A stretch of 64,000 nt of DNA from Octopus bimaculoides (GCF_001194135.2 NC_068994.1:3820793-3884792); one strand, 5' to 3'; shown: positions 21,630 through 33,780, counted from the stretch's first letter. Program-made: numbers and translations. The notes: generated by a model from the letters alone, not told the origin.

Positions 21630-24569
21630 TATATATATACATACATACATATATATATATACATATGTATGTAAAGAAAAAGGAGGTAGTCAGAATTTCG
21701 GATAAATATTTATTATTTAGAGAATCATCTGATGATTATCTGAAATAAGATGTAAGCATGAAATGAATAATTATCCAAAACACTGACAGCTTCCTTTTTC
21801 TTTATACACAAAATTTGTACACCACTTAAAATAATCTATACACANNNNNNNNNNNNNNNNNNNNNNNNNNNNNNNNNNNNNNNNNNNNNNNNNNNNNNNN
21901 NNNNNNNNNNNNNNNNNNNNNNNNNNNNNNNNNNNNNNNNNNNNNNNNNNNNNNNNNNNNNNNNNNNNNNNNNNNNNNNNNNNNNNNNNNNNNNNNNNNN
22001 NNNNNNNNNNNNNNNNNNNNNACACACATATACATTTATATATATATGTAGATTGTCAGAAGTTACAAAGTGATTCACAGGAAGAGATTTTTGTCCATGT
22101 CACTTGTCCTACACACACAGACACACACACATTGAAAGAGAGGCAGATGACAAACAGACAGACGTCTGTTTGCATTTTTAGCTCTGATTGGATTCATTTA
22201 AAAAAGTTAAGCTGCAAAGAAGTTTTGGTTGAGGGGGGGGGACTTCGTTGGGGTGGGGTGGAGGGACGCAGAGATGTTCTGTACAAAATATAAACGGCCC
22301 ACCAGATCCCTACTTTTAAAAATGAGATGGGAAGAGAAGCAAGGGATGGCTGCCCCTACTTCATGCTTTTGGAGACGTGTTTTGTGAAATAATGTCGTGA
22401 CAGTGATGTGGTGGTGACGGTGGTGGCGATAACGAGTACTAATGAAATAATTAACACACATAATTAATAAAGTGTTTCAAGAAAAATATCTGTGTTGAAA
22501 AAGAAATTAAGAAAAAAAAAAAAGAAAAAGGATCTCTGAAGACTGGGAGAGGCATGCTAGCTTTAGGGATTTGAACAGATGATGAAGGGGCCAGAATATA
22601 TGAGAAAATGAGAGATTTAAAGAAGATTAAATAGCAGAGATATTAAACTTAACCCCTTCACAATCCACAATTAATTAAAGGGCCGATACATAACGATGGT
22701 CCAGTTAATTAGCAGATGTTTTAGACACACATTCACAAACTGTAGAAGATTCTAGTTTAATCACTGGATAATTTCTCCAGATAAAATTGTTGTTTTGGTG
22801 AACTGTACAACAGGAGTTGAGTGTCTTGTTTAAGGGCACAACCTTGTGAACGATGCCCTTGTTTAATCCACTCAACCACTGCACAGTAGGCCCCCACAAA
22901 TCTCATTTACTGTTTGTGGCTTTAATCGACCCCTTTAAATACATAAATCTTCAACTAAACCCAGATGCAGTGACTCCAAACATAGACGGATGTCCCAAGG
23001 ACCCTCCATTTTCAATGGAGAAGTGTTTCCAACATGCAACCCAATTCTGAATGGAATGGAAATTTGCTCTCAACAAAATTTTTCCTCGAGGGAGGACTGT
23101 CCCCAGGGCCAAGTACTCTCCAGAAGTTTTAAACCCCAAATCAACACAAAAAGAAACCATTACAGAAACACTGGATTTCTGTCTTTTGAGGTAGCCATAA
23201 CAACAATGAAGATTCCAGCATCAACATGGGAAATGGAGATAATTCTCAAATCTTGAAGGGCCATTAAGGGACAGTATTTCAGGAGGGAGGTGATTGATAC
23301 CTATTTAGCCACTCACCAGGCATAACTGAGGTGATGGAGATAAATACCAGATCTGCTGGGAATATTACCTGTGAGAGGCTGGTGTCTTATCCAGGAAGAG
23401 ATTTATCTCTCATCTACTCTGTTGCATTTCTGCTCAAAGCATTTAATCTATATTAGCTCAGCTCCTGACAGCAAGACAAACTGTGGTAATGTGTTCTGTC
23501 CAGAAACACAACAGACTGAACTCAGTACCTCCCTGTATTGGTAACTTATTACCCTAACCACTAAGCTACCTCACTTTTACATTGGGACACAGATAAAAGG
23601 AGTCAGTGAGGGTGCAAAACGTGAACAGGGTACTAGAACTGGGTGGAGAAATAAGACAACTGTTTGTCTGAGAGGTCGTTGTTGTTTAATGCAAGGTTAG
23701 CCATGATCCAGTGGACCTATAATCAATCTAATGATTGAGGAATTTGGTAGAATGGCACCAACACAGAAGCTCATTGCCTGTAAAGCTAATAACCATTATG
23801 GTTCCAAACTATTCATTGAGGCCATGACCATCCTATGTCTCTTTCCTTTTTAAAGACAGAAGAGTGTCATGAATGACATTTGACTGCTGTTTCTAGCAAG
23901 TCAAATGATCACTCAGTGCCACTGATGGGCATAAGTTTGCTCGAGTTGAAGGGGTCACACGCAGACAATGGTATTAAACATCATTATTGTTGGGAAATCA
24001 CAGCTTACAAAAAAAAAAACCACAGTCTTAATACATACCCTCAGCAAGACGTAGGAGACCCAGAGGAAGCTATAAGGGAGTTACAAGAAGTTAGTTTCAA
24101 GGATCAGATTAAAAAATATATGGTCAGAGAATCACAAGAAACAGGACATCAGTGTGTACTGGTCCTTGAGAAGGGTTAACACATCACACAAATCCATAAG
24201 ACCCTGACAGTGACTTCTGTCCCCACCAAGATATTCCAAGCTTTTATTTCCCTTTGTTTTACTGTAGTTGGACCCTTAAAAGGGTTGACATGCCACATGA
24301 ATCTTGTGTAAAGTCTAGCAGGAAAGGGACTTCTTTCCACTCCCGTCATTCAAAGTCAGTTTTCCCTGACTCTGGTTCGCATTAGACATCAGGTAGGGGC
24401 TGGGAAAGGGAGGACGTCGTTAATCAGCTTATCCACATCGTTTTAATTAGATGACAAATTAATTGCTATGTTTAATTGTTCAATGTTTTTAACGTCGACA
24501 TTCAGAACCCTGGACAAACATTGTAATCGACACAGCCTGGCCAGTGACACAAACATCAGTTCAAATTAG

Positions 24570-25420
24570 TCAGTAGAGTAAATAGACTAGTGTAGTAGTA
24601 GTAGTAGTAGTCGGTATGGTACAGAGGTTATAGTACTGTACAGTATGGAAGTAGTAGTGCTGTAGAGTGAAGTTATAGTAGAGTTGTGGAGTACAGTCTG
24701 TAGAATATAGCAGTAATGTATGGTACTGGACTGTACTGACACTATAGTGTCCAACATAAAACTGTTTGCTGCAACAATAGTTTCTCTCTTGAACCATGGG
24801 ATTACCGCAGCAGTAGAGTGTGGTTAATGTAGCCATGTGGTGTGGTTAATGTAGTGATGTGTATCATAATGTTGTGTGATTATGGCTGGGAGTGTAGGTT
24901 ATAGTATGGTTACTGCAGTAGTGTGTGTCGCTATTGTAGCAGCGTTGGTTACTGTAGCGGTGTGTTGTAGCACACTGTGGCCACTGTAGCAGTATGGTGT
25001 ATAGTGTAGCTGCTGTAGTAGTATGTGTTGTAGTGTTGCTACTCTGCCAATGTACACTTGTCAAGTAGTTCATGATGTAGCTACTGTGGTAGTATATATA
25101 TGTACATATATATATATATATATAATGTTCATAAGTGTGGTGTCCCACAGCTAGCCACTGCAACAGTATAGCATGTGTGATATGTTGCACTATGTCACTA
25201 CTGCAGCACAGTTTAGGATGTAGTATATGGTGTGCAGTGTATCTCAACAGTATGCAACATAGTGTTCAGTTCGTTGCACCATGTGACAACTGCTGCAACG
25301 GTATAAAGTGTGTGGGGTTTCCTCATAATGCAACTACAGAGGTGCAGATTTGGGTTGCATGTTGTGTGCACTGCAGCTATTGGGTGCCACAGCAGTCTGT
25401 AATAGAGGTTGGAACAACGA
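24570..25420. repeat. Cryptic degenerate repeat built from ACTG(T/C)AGCAGTA / TGTAG / TAGTGT motifs
   Basis: Recurrent ACTGCAG, ACTGTAGC, CAGTATGG and TTGCA motifs over about 850 bp immediately 3' of the ZNF-B stop. Confidence 0.6.
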
Positions 25421-25426
25421 TGCATC

Positions 25427-27520
25427 TTACTGCATCATAGATTGTATGTTGTGTGTAGCTTCTTGTGTCTCCATCTTTGGTTGGTCGACTGCATAGCCCT
25501 GTGCGTTGGCCCAACCTGCAGTCCAGCCTGCAATTTGAAAGCTGGCCGGCCAGGTGAAGTGGTTGGCATTGGTCATCACAGCCGGCTGCTGCAGCACCAT
25601 TTGATGTGAATAATCCGTCGGCATGGAAGCTGGGCTGACAAATGTCGAGGGGATTGTTTGTGCCATTAGGGGCTGCCTCAGTGCAGTCACCACTGGCTGA
25701 GAAATCACCTGGTGCACATTTGGCGGCACTTGTTGATGTTGTTGCTGCTGTTGATGGTGATGGTGGTGGTGTTGCTGTGGACTTGGTTGCTGCAGTGGTG
25801 AGCTTGACATGATGGGCGAAGCCTGTGGTTCCTGCTGTTGCATCATCTGCTGCTGTGGTTGTTCTTGATGCATAATCTGTTGCTGCTGATCTTGCGAATG
25901 CATCATCTGCTGTTGTTGCTGCTGCTGCTGCTGCTGTTGGTCCTGTGGGTGCATGATCTGTTGCTGTTGTTCTTGTGCATGCATGATCTGTTGCTGTTGG
26001 TCCTGGGGGTGCATAATTTGCTGCTGTTGGTCTTGCTGCTGCTGCTGGAGCATGTGTTGCTGTTGCATCATCTGTTGCTGCTGCTGCTGTTGTTGATGCT
26101 GCTGCTGCTGATGTTGTTGCTGCTGCTGCTCTTGCATCATCTGCTGTTCCTCCTGTTTCAACAACTTCTGCTGCTGTTGCTGCTGCTGTTGCTGCTGTTG
26201 CTGTTGCTGCTGCTGTTGTTGTTCCCGTGATCGGTGTGGAGACTGCGATGAAGACGACGTCGACGACGGTGACGTCGGTGCATCGACAGCATGCATCTTT
26301 ACACTGGCGACACGCTGCAACTCCTCCGGGGACATCTTGACGTCTGCCGACTCCTCCTCCTCCCCCTGGCTGCTGTACTCGACCTTCACCTCGGGCAGAC
26401 ATTCCTGGTTGCTGTCTCTGCGGACATGGTGGTGGTGGTGGTGATGGTGGTGCGGATGTGGGTGAGGATGGTGAGGATGGTGGTGGTGATGGTGATGATG
26501 GTGTGGATGGGGGTGCTGATGAAGGTGGGGATGGTGGTGATGATGGTGGTGGTGATGGTGGTGGGGCAGCTTGGTTTGGTTGTGGTGGTTGCACCCTGCA
26601 TTTGGTGCGCCGTTGTTGTTGCAGTTATGGCTCTCGGCGTTGCAGCTGTGGTTGTCAGTGCTGCAGTTGTGATTCTCCGTGTTGCATCCGTGGTTGTCAA
26701 CACCACAGCTGCTGTTGTCAGCCACGCCTACACACGCAACGGCAGCCCCAGCTGGGGCACCCGCAATGTGAGTACGCTCGTGCTTGGTAAGGTGGTCCTT
26801 ACGTGAGTACGCCTTTGAACACGTGGTGCACTGGAACGGTTTCTCCCCGCTGTGTGTGCGCTGGTGCTTCTTCAAGTGGTCCTTCCTGGAGAACGCCTTG
26901 CTACAAACGCCGCACTGAAACGGCCTCTCCCCTGTATGGGTCCGTTGGTGTTTATTCAGATGATCCTTACGTGAGAAGGTCTTCTGACAAACTCCACACA
27001 AATACAGTTTCTCTCGCACCATAAATGCAGAACGTCGAGAACGAGAGTTGCGCCGCTTGCCAGTGCTGTTACTTCCACCCACTCTGTAGTTCTTGTCGGT
27101 GTCGTCATCGTCGTCTTCCCCTTCGCCAGACTCAAAGGTGTCGTTGTGGTGTACCCTCTCATGATTCTTCAAACGGTCCCTCTGCGAGAACGATTTCTCG
27201 CAAAACGAACAACCGTACGGCCTTTCGCCAGTGTGCGTGCGTTCGTGGTTCTTCAGTTTGTCGCGCTGTGCAAACGCTTTGCCGCATTCCTGGCAGTAGA
27301 AGTGCTTCTCGGCTTCGGGAGCCTGCTGGTGCCGAGTCAGATATGCTCGCAATGTGAAACCTTTGCGACACACTTCACATCGGTAGGGCTTCTTGTTGGC
27401 GCTGCTGTCGCCCATCTCGATGATCTGCTTTGGTGGCTGTAATAGCACTGGTGCCTCCTCTTCAGGGTGACCATTCTGATGTGCTGTGTACATCACTGCT
27501 TCTTCTGAATTGTGTGGCAT
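25427..27520 (-). CDS. C2H2 zinc-finger protein 'ZNF-B': 1 degenerate + 5 intact fingers, Cys/His heptads, poly-His, polyQ
   Basis: 697-aa ATG-started ORF. CxxC...HxxxH fingers with TGERP/SGEKP linkers at aa 46-124 and 173-251. Visibly more GC-rich than its flanks. Confidence 0.92.
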   Translation of the reverse strand: MPHNSEEAVMYTAHQNGHPEEEAPVLLQPPKQIIEMGDSSANKKPYRCEVCRKGFTLRAYLTRHQQAPEAEKHFYCQECGKAFAQRDKLKNHERTHTGERPYGCSFCEKSFSQRDRLKNHERVHHNDTFESGEGEDDDDDTDKNYRVGGSNSTGKRRNSRSRRSAFMVREKLYLCGVCQKTFSRKDHLNKHQRTHTGERPFQCGVCSKAFSRKDHLKKHQRTHSGEKPFQCTTCSKAYSRKDHLTKHERTHIAGAPAGAAVACVGVADNSSCGVDNHGCNTENHNCSTDNHSCNAESHNCNNNGAPNAGCNHHNQTKLPHHHHHHHHHHHPHLHQHPHPHHHHHHHHHPHHPHPHPHHHHHHHHHVRRDSNQECLPEVKVEYSSQGEEEESADVKMSPEELQRVASVKMHAVDAPTSPSSTSSSSQSPHRSREQQQQQQQQQQQQQQQQQQKLLKQEEQQMMQEQQQQQHQQQQHQQQQQQQQMMQQQHMLQQQQQDQQQQIMHPQDQQQQIMHAQEQQQQIMHPQDQQQQQQQQQQQMMHSQDQQQQIMHQEQPQQQMMQQQEPQASPIMSSSPLQQPSPQQHHHHHHQQQQQHQQVPPNVHQVISQPVVTALRQPLMAQTIPSTFVSPASMPTDYSHQMVLQQPAVMTNANHFTWPASFQIAGWTAGWANAQGYAVDQPKMETQEATHNIQSMMQ

Positions 27521-28089
27521 TTTATATCAAACTACTCATAAATATATATAAATATAACTAAATACTGGTATTGTTGTATATGTATTGTTGTCTGGCATTT
27601 GATATGTAATAATTATTGTTGTTGTTGTTGTTGTTGTCTTAATTAGAGTTATTTTCTTATTTCCTTCTTCTCTGTGCACTCATTTAAGGGCCAAGCCACT
27701 GCAATTTTATTTGCTCTGCTTGTATACAATAAATCCGCTTCAACACATGCCGACATACAGAGAGATAAAGGTAGGAAGATAGTCTTGCAGTAAATATGTT
27801 TATATAAACAGCAGCCGCACCAAAGTGTTGTTTTTGATGCTATTTTCTCGATTGTCTATTTTTCCTTCATGGCAACAGGGTCTACCGTTGCACAGAGAAA
27901 CCGAAGAACTGTCAACAGGATATGACAGGAACAACAACCCCAACAATGATAATAAAAGCAAGAGATGGTTAGTATTTCTTCAAGGTGTCATTACGAGGTG
28001 AGGATGAAGAAGAGGTGAAGGTATAATTTCTGACAGGTCCACTGTGGATTCCAAATGTTTTATCTTCCATGAAGTGTGTCAGGACAGTG

Positions 28090-28120
28090 AGACGTCTGAA
28101 AATGAGCAAAGAATAAATTT
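28090..28120 (-). other. Candidate splice acceptor for the ZNF-B coding exon
   Basis: Minus strand TTTATTCTTTGCTCATTTTCAG|AC, with AG at 28097-28096. Confidence 0.45.
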
Positions 28121-28659
28121 GTCAGAACCAAGAAAGATTAACAGAAAGAAACTGTAAAATTTTTTAACAATGACAACAACAACAACAACATGGTTGGTAT
28201 TTAATGATTATGTTAATTACTTCAACCCAAACCAACCAGAGCTACATGATAATGTATGATTAATTAAAAACAATGTGAATAAATAAACATTATATTTGAC
28301 AGAAGGATCAGAGGTAAAAAGGTCAAAGGTCTGCGCTGCACCTGAACTGACCCACTCCATCGAATCGATATTACAGGTGCATGGTGTACCATGAGTCAGG
28401 TATTGAAGTAAACAAAGAACAACATGTGATGAAGTCGTTTGCTCAAGAATACAACACACTGCCTAGTCCTGGAATAGAAACCACAACTTTTCAATTATGC
28501 GGGTAGTACCCTAACCACTAGGCCATACACTTTCACAAATGTGTGTGTGCGTGCACGTGTGTGTTTGAAAATTTATTTTTCAGCCACAATTTATCGGTTC
28601 TACTCCCTCTCTTAGTCGAGAGGTCCTTATTTTGTGAGCTTGTGGGGAACTGGAGCCAC

Positions 28660-28850
28660 ATAAAAAGTACCCGTGCTGGTGCTGGTACCACATAAAAAGC
28701 ACCCAGTACACTCTGTAAAGTGGTTGGTGTTAGGAAGGGCATCTAATTGTAGACAATTGGAGCCCGGTGCAGCTCTCCAGCTTGCTGGCTCCTGTCAAAC
28801 CATCCAACCCATGCCAGCATGGAAAACGGATGTCAAATGATGATATTTTC
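28660..28850 (+). mobile_element. Family B copy (RTE 3' tail)
   Basis: TAAAAAGCACCCAGTACACTCTGTAAAGTGGTTGGTGTTAGGAAGGGCATC...CCAACCCATGCCAGCATGGAAAACGGATGTCAAATGATGAT. Confidence 0.78.
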
Positions 28851-29509
28851 AGATTCAATTCCAGTGCATGGCATCTTAAACAAGGGTCTTCTAGTTACGT
28901 CTTTAGACTGACCAACATCCTGTGAATGGAATCGGTTGGCAGATAGAAACTACGACGAAGCTTGTACAGGAGTAATTTTAAAATATTTAAACTCAGGTAG
29001 CAAAAATCTGAATTCCGCGAAAGTATCAAAAATGTGAACAGGATGAGAAACAAGGAGGGAGTGAAATGTAAGAGGAATCAAATGAATGAAAGCTGTGAAC
29101 GTTTAAATTAGATCCAGACATTGAAAGGAGAGACTTAACAGAGAACCACCCAAAGTAGATAAGAGAGAAATGAGAACAAAAAGAGGAAGTTAGAAAGATG
29201 AGAAGTTGAGAAGAGAGACAAGGTTACTGAACTCAGATGGAGAAATAAGAGCCTAGGCATAAATACACTGGACATCTTGGTTATTTCAGTATTCCAAATC
29301 TGTGTGTAGATGTTATATTCATGTGAGATATGCATAAGAGTTGAAAATATTGGAAAAACATTTTTGTATTATTTATTCACCATTACACACGTTTCATTTG
29401 CTAATAGGAGTTATTAAAAAATTGTGTCTGTAGAAAAAACAAAAAAACATGTACGATATCACTTATAAGAATTTCTATTGACAGGGAATCAAATATTATT
29501 GGATTCTCT

Positions 29510-29760
29510 CATCATCATTGTTTCACGTCTGTTTTCCATGCTGGCATGGGTTGGACGGTTCAACTGGGGTCCGGGAAGCCAGGAAGCTGCACCAGGCCCC
29601 AATCTGATCTGGCAGTGTTTCTACAGCTGGATGCCCTTCCAAATGCCAACCACTCTGAGAGTGTAGTGGGTGCTTTTTATGTGCCACTGGCACAGGGGCC
29701 AAAGGAGGCTGGCAACAACCATTATCGGTTGGTGCTCTTAACATGCCACCTGTATATATA
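29510..29760 (-). mobile_element. Family B copy (RTE 3' tail)
   Basis: CATCATCATTGTTTCACGTCTGTTTTCCATGCTGGCATGGGTTGGAC...CTACAGCTGGATGCCCTTCC. Confidence 0.78.
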
Positions 29761-29769
29761 AGTATGTGC

Positions 29770-30010
29770 GTGTGTGTGTTTGTCCCTCATCACCACTTGA
29801 CAACTGGCTTTGGTGTGTTTACATCTCTGTTACTTATCACTCCGGCAAAAGAAGCAGATAGAACAAATACCAGTCTCAAAAAAAAAAAAAAAAAAAANNN
29901 NNNNNNNNNNNNNNNNGGGGGGGGGGGTCAATTCATTCAACTAAAAATGCCTCAAGGCAGTGCCCCAGCATGGCCACAGTCTAACGACTGAAACGAGTGA
30001 AAGGCAAAAC
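29770..30010 (+). mobile_element. Family A SINE, 3' half
   Basis: CACCACTTGACAACTGGCTTTGGTGTGTTTACATC...GTGCCCCAGCATGGCCACAGTCTAACGACTGAAAC. Confidence 0.7.
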
Positions 30011-30534
30011 ATAAGAGATTAAGAGATGGACTGTTTCCCAAAAAAGACACTGATAAATGTTTGGTTGGTCCAAACGATATTGATTCACCTGGAATTGTAA
30101 CATCATCCAAAAAAACGTCAGTGTTTCAGACTGAATGAATTCCTTAAAAATGGAGAAAAAAAAAATGAAACACATTTTTTGAATCTAAAATTAAATTCAA
30201 CTTTTATGTAATCTTTTTTCTCTTTCAAACCAATGTACTAATTTACATAATTATTCTAAATCAATTATTTTTCTAATCAGTAAATTTTTCCAATGTTTAT
30301 TGCAGTGCTAGGATGGGAAATGTCTAATGACCTTGGGCATTTTTGTTTTTCTGTCTGTCGAGCTAAAAAAGCAAATTCCAGACAGAAACCGTACAATCAA
30401 TGACTTTCTCTCCTTGTAAAATTATGTCTCCATGAAATTTCAGTTACTTGGGCGTAAAACTGCAGTTTAGAACTTGCAACAGACATACATTTGCTTTTGT
30501 GTACCTTTCGCATTTTCTATAATGTTTTACTTAA

Positions 30535-30696
30535 TACCCTTCTATATTTAAGAAATGAGGAATTATTTACATTTGTCCTGAACTTGTTTGTTGTTAAACA
30601 CAATGTTTTCGGCTGATATACTCTCCAGCCTTCATCAAGCATATGGCATAGTGGTTAAGAGCACAGGCTACTAACCCCAAGATTCCCTGAATAATG

Positions 30697-30734
<38 letters not shown>

Positions 30735-30735
30735 T
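30535..30735. mobile_element. Composite short retroposon: decayed hammerhead + tail (minus, 30535-30638) back-to-back with a tRNA-like head and (AAT)n (plus, 30639-30735)
   Basis: Minus strand: tTGATGA a GGCTG-(10 nt)-CAGCC GAAA acatt GTGTT. Plus strand: A-box-like TGGCATAGTGGTTAAG, then GCTACTAACCCCAAGATTCC with the B box missing, then (AAT)n. Confidence 0.5.
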
Positions 30736-31259
30736 ACATTGTTTTGTCTTGGTATAAAAGATGGGCTACAGCTAATATTCTGCTTAATACCACAGATTTA
30801 CTTGTCAGTTGTTTGACCTTAACCAGTTGAGCATGTCCCTTGGTGGCTGACGATATGTGCATCTCTGATCATGAACAGAAGTAGTCGGGGAGCATCATAG
30901 GCACGTGTTGAGAAGAATTCTTTGGGGTCTGAATAATTCACCTTTGGAAATATGGGTGTTTTGCTCAACATCCTTAAACAAACCTTATTCAGGGACCTTT
31001 TGAGCGGGATGGGCTACTTGACCTGAAGAAAATTCTAACTGGGCCNNNNNNNNNNCCTTTTGAGCGGGATGGGCTACTTGACCTGAAGAAAATTCTAACT
31101 GGGCCCCACCTGCAAGGTCATGCGCTGTTTATCTTGATATGAGATCACCCTGTCGCGCACATATGGTTGTGAGGCATGTGTCTGGTGTACCCTTATCAGA
31201 CGGGTAGTCATGATAGGAGTTGCCCATGGCTTTCCATTGCATTTCCTCTCAGAGCAGTG

Positions 31260-31600
31260 ATTGCAACACGGTTTACCATTTCCGTTAACTGCACCAAAAG
31301 GGAGTTGGCAAAGAGATTATAAAAGAGAGCCAACATCCTGAGGAGGAAACTGAAGTGAATGAGTTAACGTGGAAACAATGGAAGAGTAATGTAAGTGATA
31401 TATTGTCACATAAGAGAGCTGAATGAATCAGGATTGCTTGAGTAGAAGAGGGCAAGAAATCAGCCAGCTGCAAGGGACAGAGGCCATTGCAGTAGTGGTA
31501 GTAGACAAGACAGAGAGAAGACATAGTGTGTTCATGGGTCAGATGGCAGATGACTGTGACAATGTCCTTGGTTCCAAGTATCTCTCTGTAACCTAGAGGT
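31260..31600 (-). pseudogene. CR1/L2-like LINE 3' ORF fossil
   Basis: Minus-strand LTHEHTMSSLCLVYYHYCNGLCPLQLA resembles the post-RT motif (L.HRR.VSSLCLFYRYY.GLC..ELA) of CR1-group LINEs. Only this short stretch is recognisable. Confidence 0.4.
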
Positions 31601-32824
31601 CGTTCAAGACAACAGTATGGTCAAGCTGACCTGCTGCTGTGTACCAGTATATAACTTAAGCATACCAATCACACCTGCTCAACATCAAAGAGAGACACAG
31701 GCATGGTATGTAATTAACCCTTTTGGTACCTTGGTTCTGTTGAAATATTTTGCCTTTGTTTCAACTAGTTCTGACAACAATAAAGAATTTAGTAAAAGAA
31801 CTTTTATCAAACTGGTGTTTGGAACATGGAGTCTTGATACAAGGCTTTAATTTAGACCACATGAAAAGAGGAAGTCTGTAACACAGAAACAGGAACGGTC
31901 TGGTGCTAATTGGAACCAAAAAGATAAATGTTCAGTTATATCGGTGTCGATATGAGTCTGGTAATTAATTCAAGAATCGTTAAGAGATAACAGACAATAA
32001 TGACTGATTGTTATGTTATGTGAACCAATTAAAAAGATACTCAGGTACAACAGTATCCCTTTACAATCTTAGCCATTGCTATGACCCTTTTAACAACAAC
32101 AAGATATTTTCACAAAAAAAAAAGCAAATAAAGCAAGACCTCATATTTATGGAAGAGAAAGAAGGGATGTTCATACATTTATCAAAGACATGTGACTGAT
32201 GTGAAATGTATGGTTCATGGGAGTGCAAAAGGAGAGTGGCAAGAGGATGGAGATGGGAAACACGGATGAAAGTATAGCCAATAACGAATATCAGTAATGG
32301 GTGGGTATAGGAGTATTTGGAGAAAATAGGAGAGAGTCAGGGAGGTGATAGATGGCAGGACAGATGATGTGAGCTGGGAGGAGGTGCTATAGAGATGCAC
32401 AAGGTATATGCAGATGTGTATGTGTATGTGTATGCATGCATGTGTATGTTTGTATGTGTTGAGGTGCTTGTTTACATTTGTGCTTCTCCAAAATTTTGTT
32501 GAGCTACAAACAGTGGCATTGCTGTCATTTTTAGCATATTAACAAATTGGCCCCCTTTATCTGCCCCTTCAAAGCCATGCGGAATAAGAAAACTTTTACA
32601 TGAAAAACAGGTAAGGGTTAACAACTCAAGGGCTTTCAACTCAAAAAACAATGTCTCAGAAATATATTAACCCTTTCGTTACCAACCCAGCTGAAACCGG
32701 TTCTGGCTCTAAGTACAAACGTCTTGTTTTCAAAAGTTCTGAATTAAAATCATCCACCAAAACCTAAGTCACAATTTATGTTCTTAACACTAGCTGAATG
32801 ATAACCAAATTACTTTACTAAATT

Positions 32825-33165
32825 CTACAGCTGGATGCCCTTCCTAACGCCAACCACTCCAAGAGTGTAGCAGGTGCTTTTTATGTGCGACCAGCATGAG
32901 GACCAGTGAGGTGGTACTGGCATTGACCACACTTGAATGATGCTTTTTTTATGTGCCGCTGGCACAGGAGCCAGTCAACCATCAACGGCATCAACCATGC
33001 TCGAATTGTGCTTTTTACATGCCACCAGCACAGGTACCAATCAGGCAGTACTGGCATCAGCCACGACAATGATTTCACATGACTCAAAAGGTCTTCGCAA
33101 GCACAGTTTATTGCCCAATCACTGAAGGGTACTCTTAAATGGGCCGGTTATGCGACACTTATATG
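32825..33165 (-). mobile_element. Family B copy with degenerate tandem units
   Basis: CTACAGCTGGATGCCCTTCCTAACGCCAACCACT followed by several GCTTTTTTATGTGCC/GCTTTTTACATGCC units. Confidence 0.72.
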
Positions 33166-33179
33166 TTTGTATGTCTATG

Positions 33180-33370
33180 CTTGTTGCCTCAACATCGCTT
33201 GACAACTGATGTTGGTGTGCTTACGTCCCCATAACTTAGCGGTTCGGCAAAAGAGACTGATAGGATAAGTACTAGGGTTACAAAGAATAAGTCCTAGGGG
33301 TTGATTTGCTTGACTAAAGGTAGTGCTCCAGCATGGCCGCAGTCAAATGACTGAAACAAGGAATAAAAGA
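33180..33370 (+). mobile_element. Family A SINE, 3' half
   Basis: CTTACGTCCCCATAACTTAGCGGTTCGGCAAAAGAGACTGATAGGATAAGTACTAGG...GACTGAAACAAG. Confidence 0.8.
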
Positions 33371-33389
33371 ATCTGTGTGTAGCCTAGTG

Positions 33390-33477
33390 CAGTGTTTTTC
33401 AAACTGTGGGTCCCAACCCTTCATTGGGTCGCGACATAAATAAAAGGGGCTGTGATAAAAACGTTTGAATAACGCTG
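33390..33477. mobile_element. 88-bp hAT mini-MITE
   Basis: 14-bp TIRs CAGTGTTTTTCAAA / TTTGAATAACGCTG (2 mismatches). 8-bp flanks GCCTAGTG / GCCTCATG (6/8 identical). Confidence 0.65.
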
Positions 33478-33748
33478 GCCTCATGGTCAAGCTGTTGCAT
33501 TAATGATTATTAGATCGTGGGTCAAACTCCCTAATTGGGCAGTGTGTTGTGTCCTTGAGCAAAACAATTCACATCACATTACTCCAGCCCCACTTCTGAT
33601 CAGGGGGGAAATGTCGGTCTGCTCAACTAGCCAGTAGAGTGGAGTCATTTGAAGGTTGAAACAATGCAAAAGCACATTGTGACCAGTGGTGTGTAACATC
33701 AGACACCTGACAGCCTGGTCAGTAACGTGATCACATGATGTATATTTA

Positions 33749-33780
<32 letters not shown>

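Noticed and set aside
21729-21746. CTGATGA...GAAA resembling a third hammerhead
   Set aside because: Only TTATCT lies between the core segments (no stem II) and I see no stem I/III or NUH site.
23880-24179. 99-aa non-repetitive ORF downstream of ZNF-B on the opposite strand
   Set aside because: TTG start, no recognisable motif or splice support; a length expected by chance.
25377-26594. 405-aa Pro/Ala/Thr-rich alternative-frame ORF overlapping ZNF-B
   Set aside because: Starts at GTG, and CAN-codon repeats (His/Gln) cannot create stops in this frame, so openness is expected. Only ribosome profiling or peptide evidence would revive it.
30996-31105. 50-bp direct repeat
   Set aside because: Identical copies on either side of a 10-N gap (31046-31055): assembly overlap.
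30745-31220. Unique-looking segment that I suspect is an interspersed repeat
   Set aside because: Only one copy in the window and no diagnostic motif; cannot be supported without a database search.
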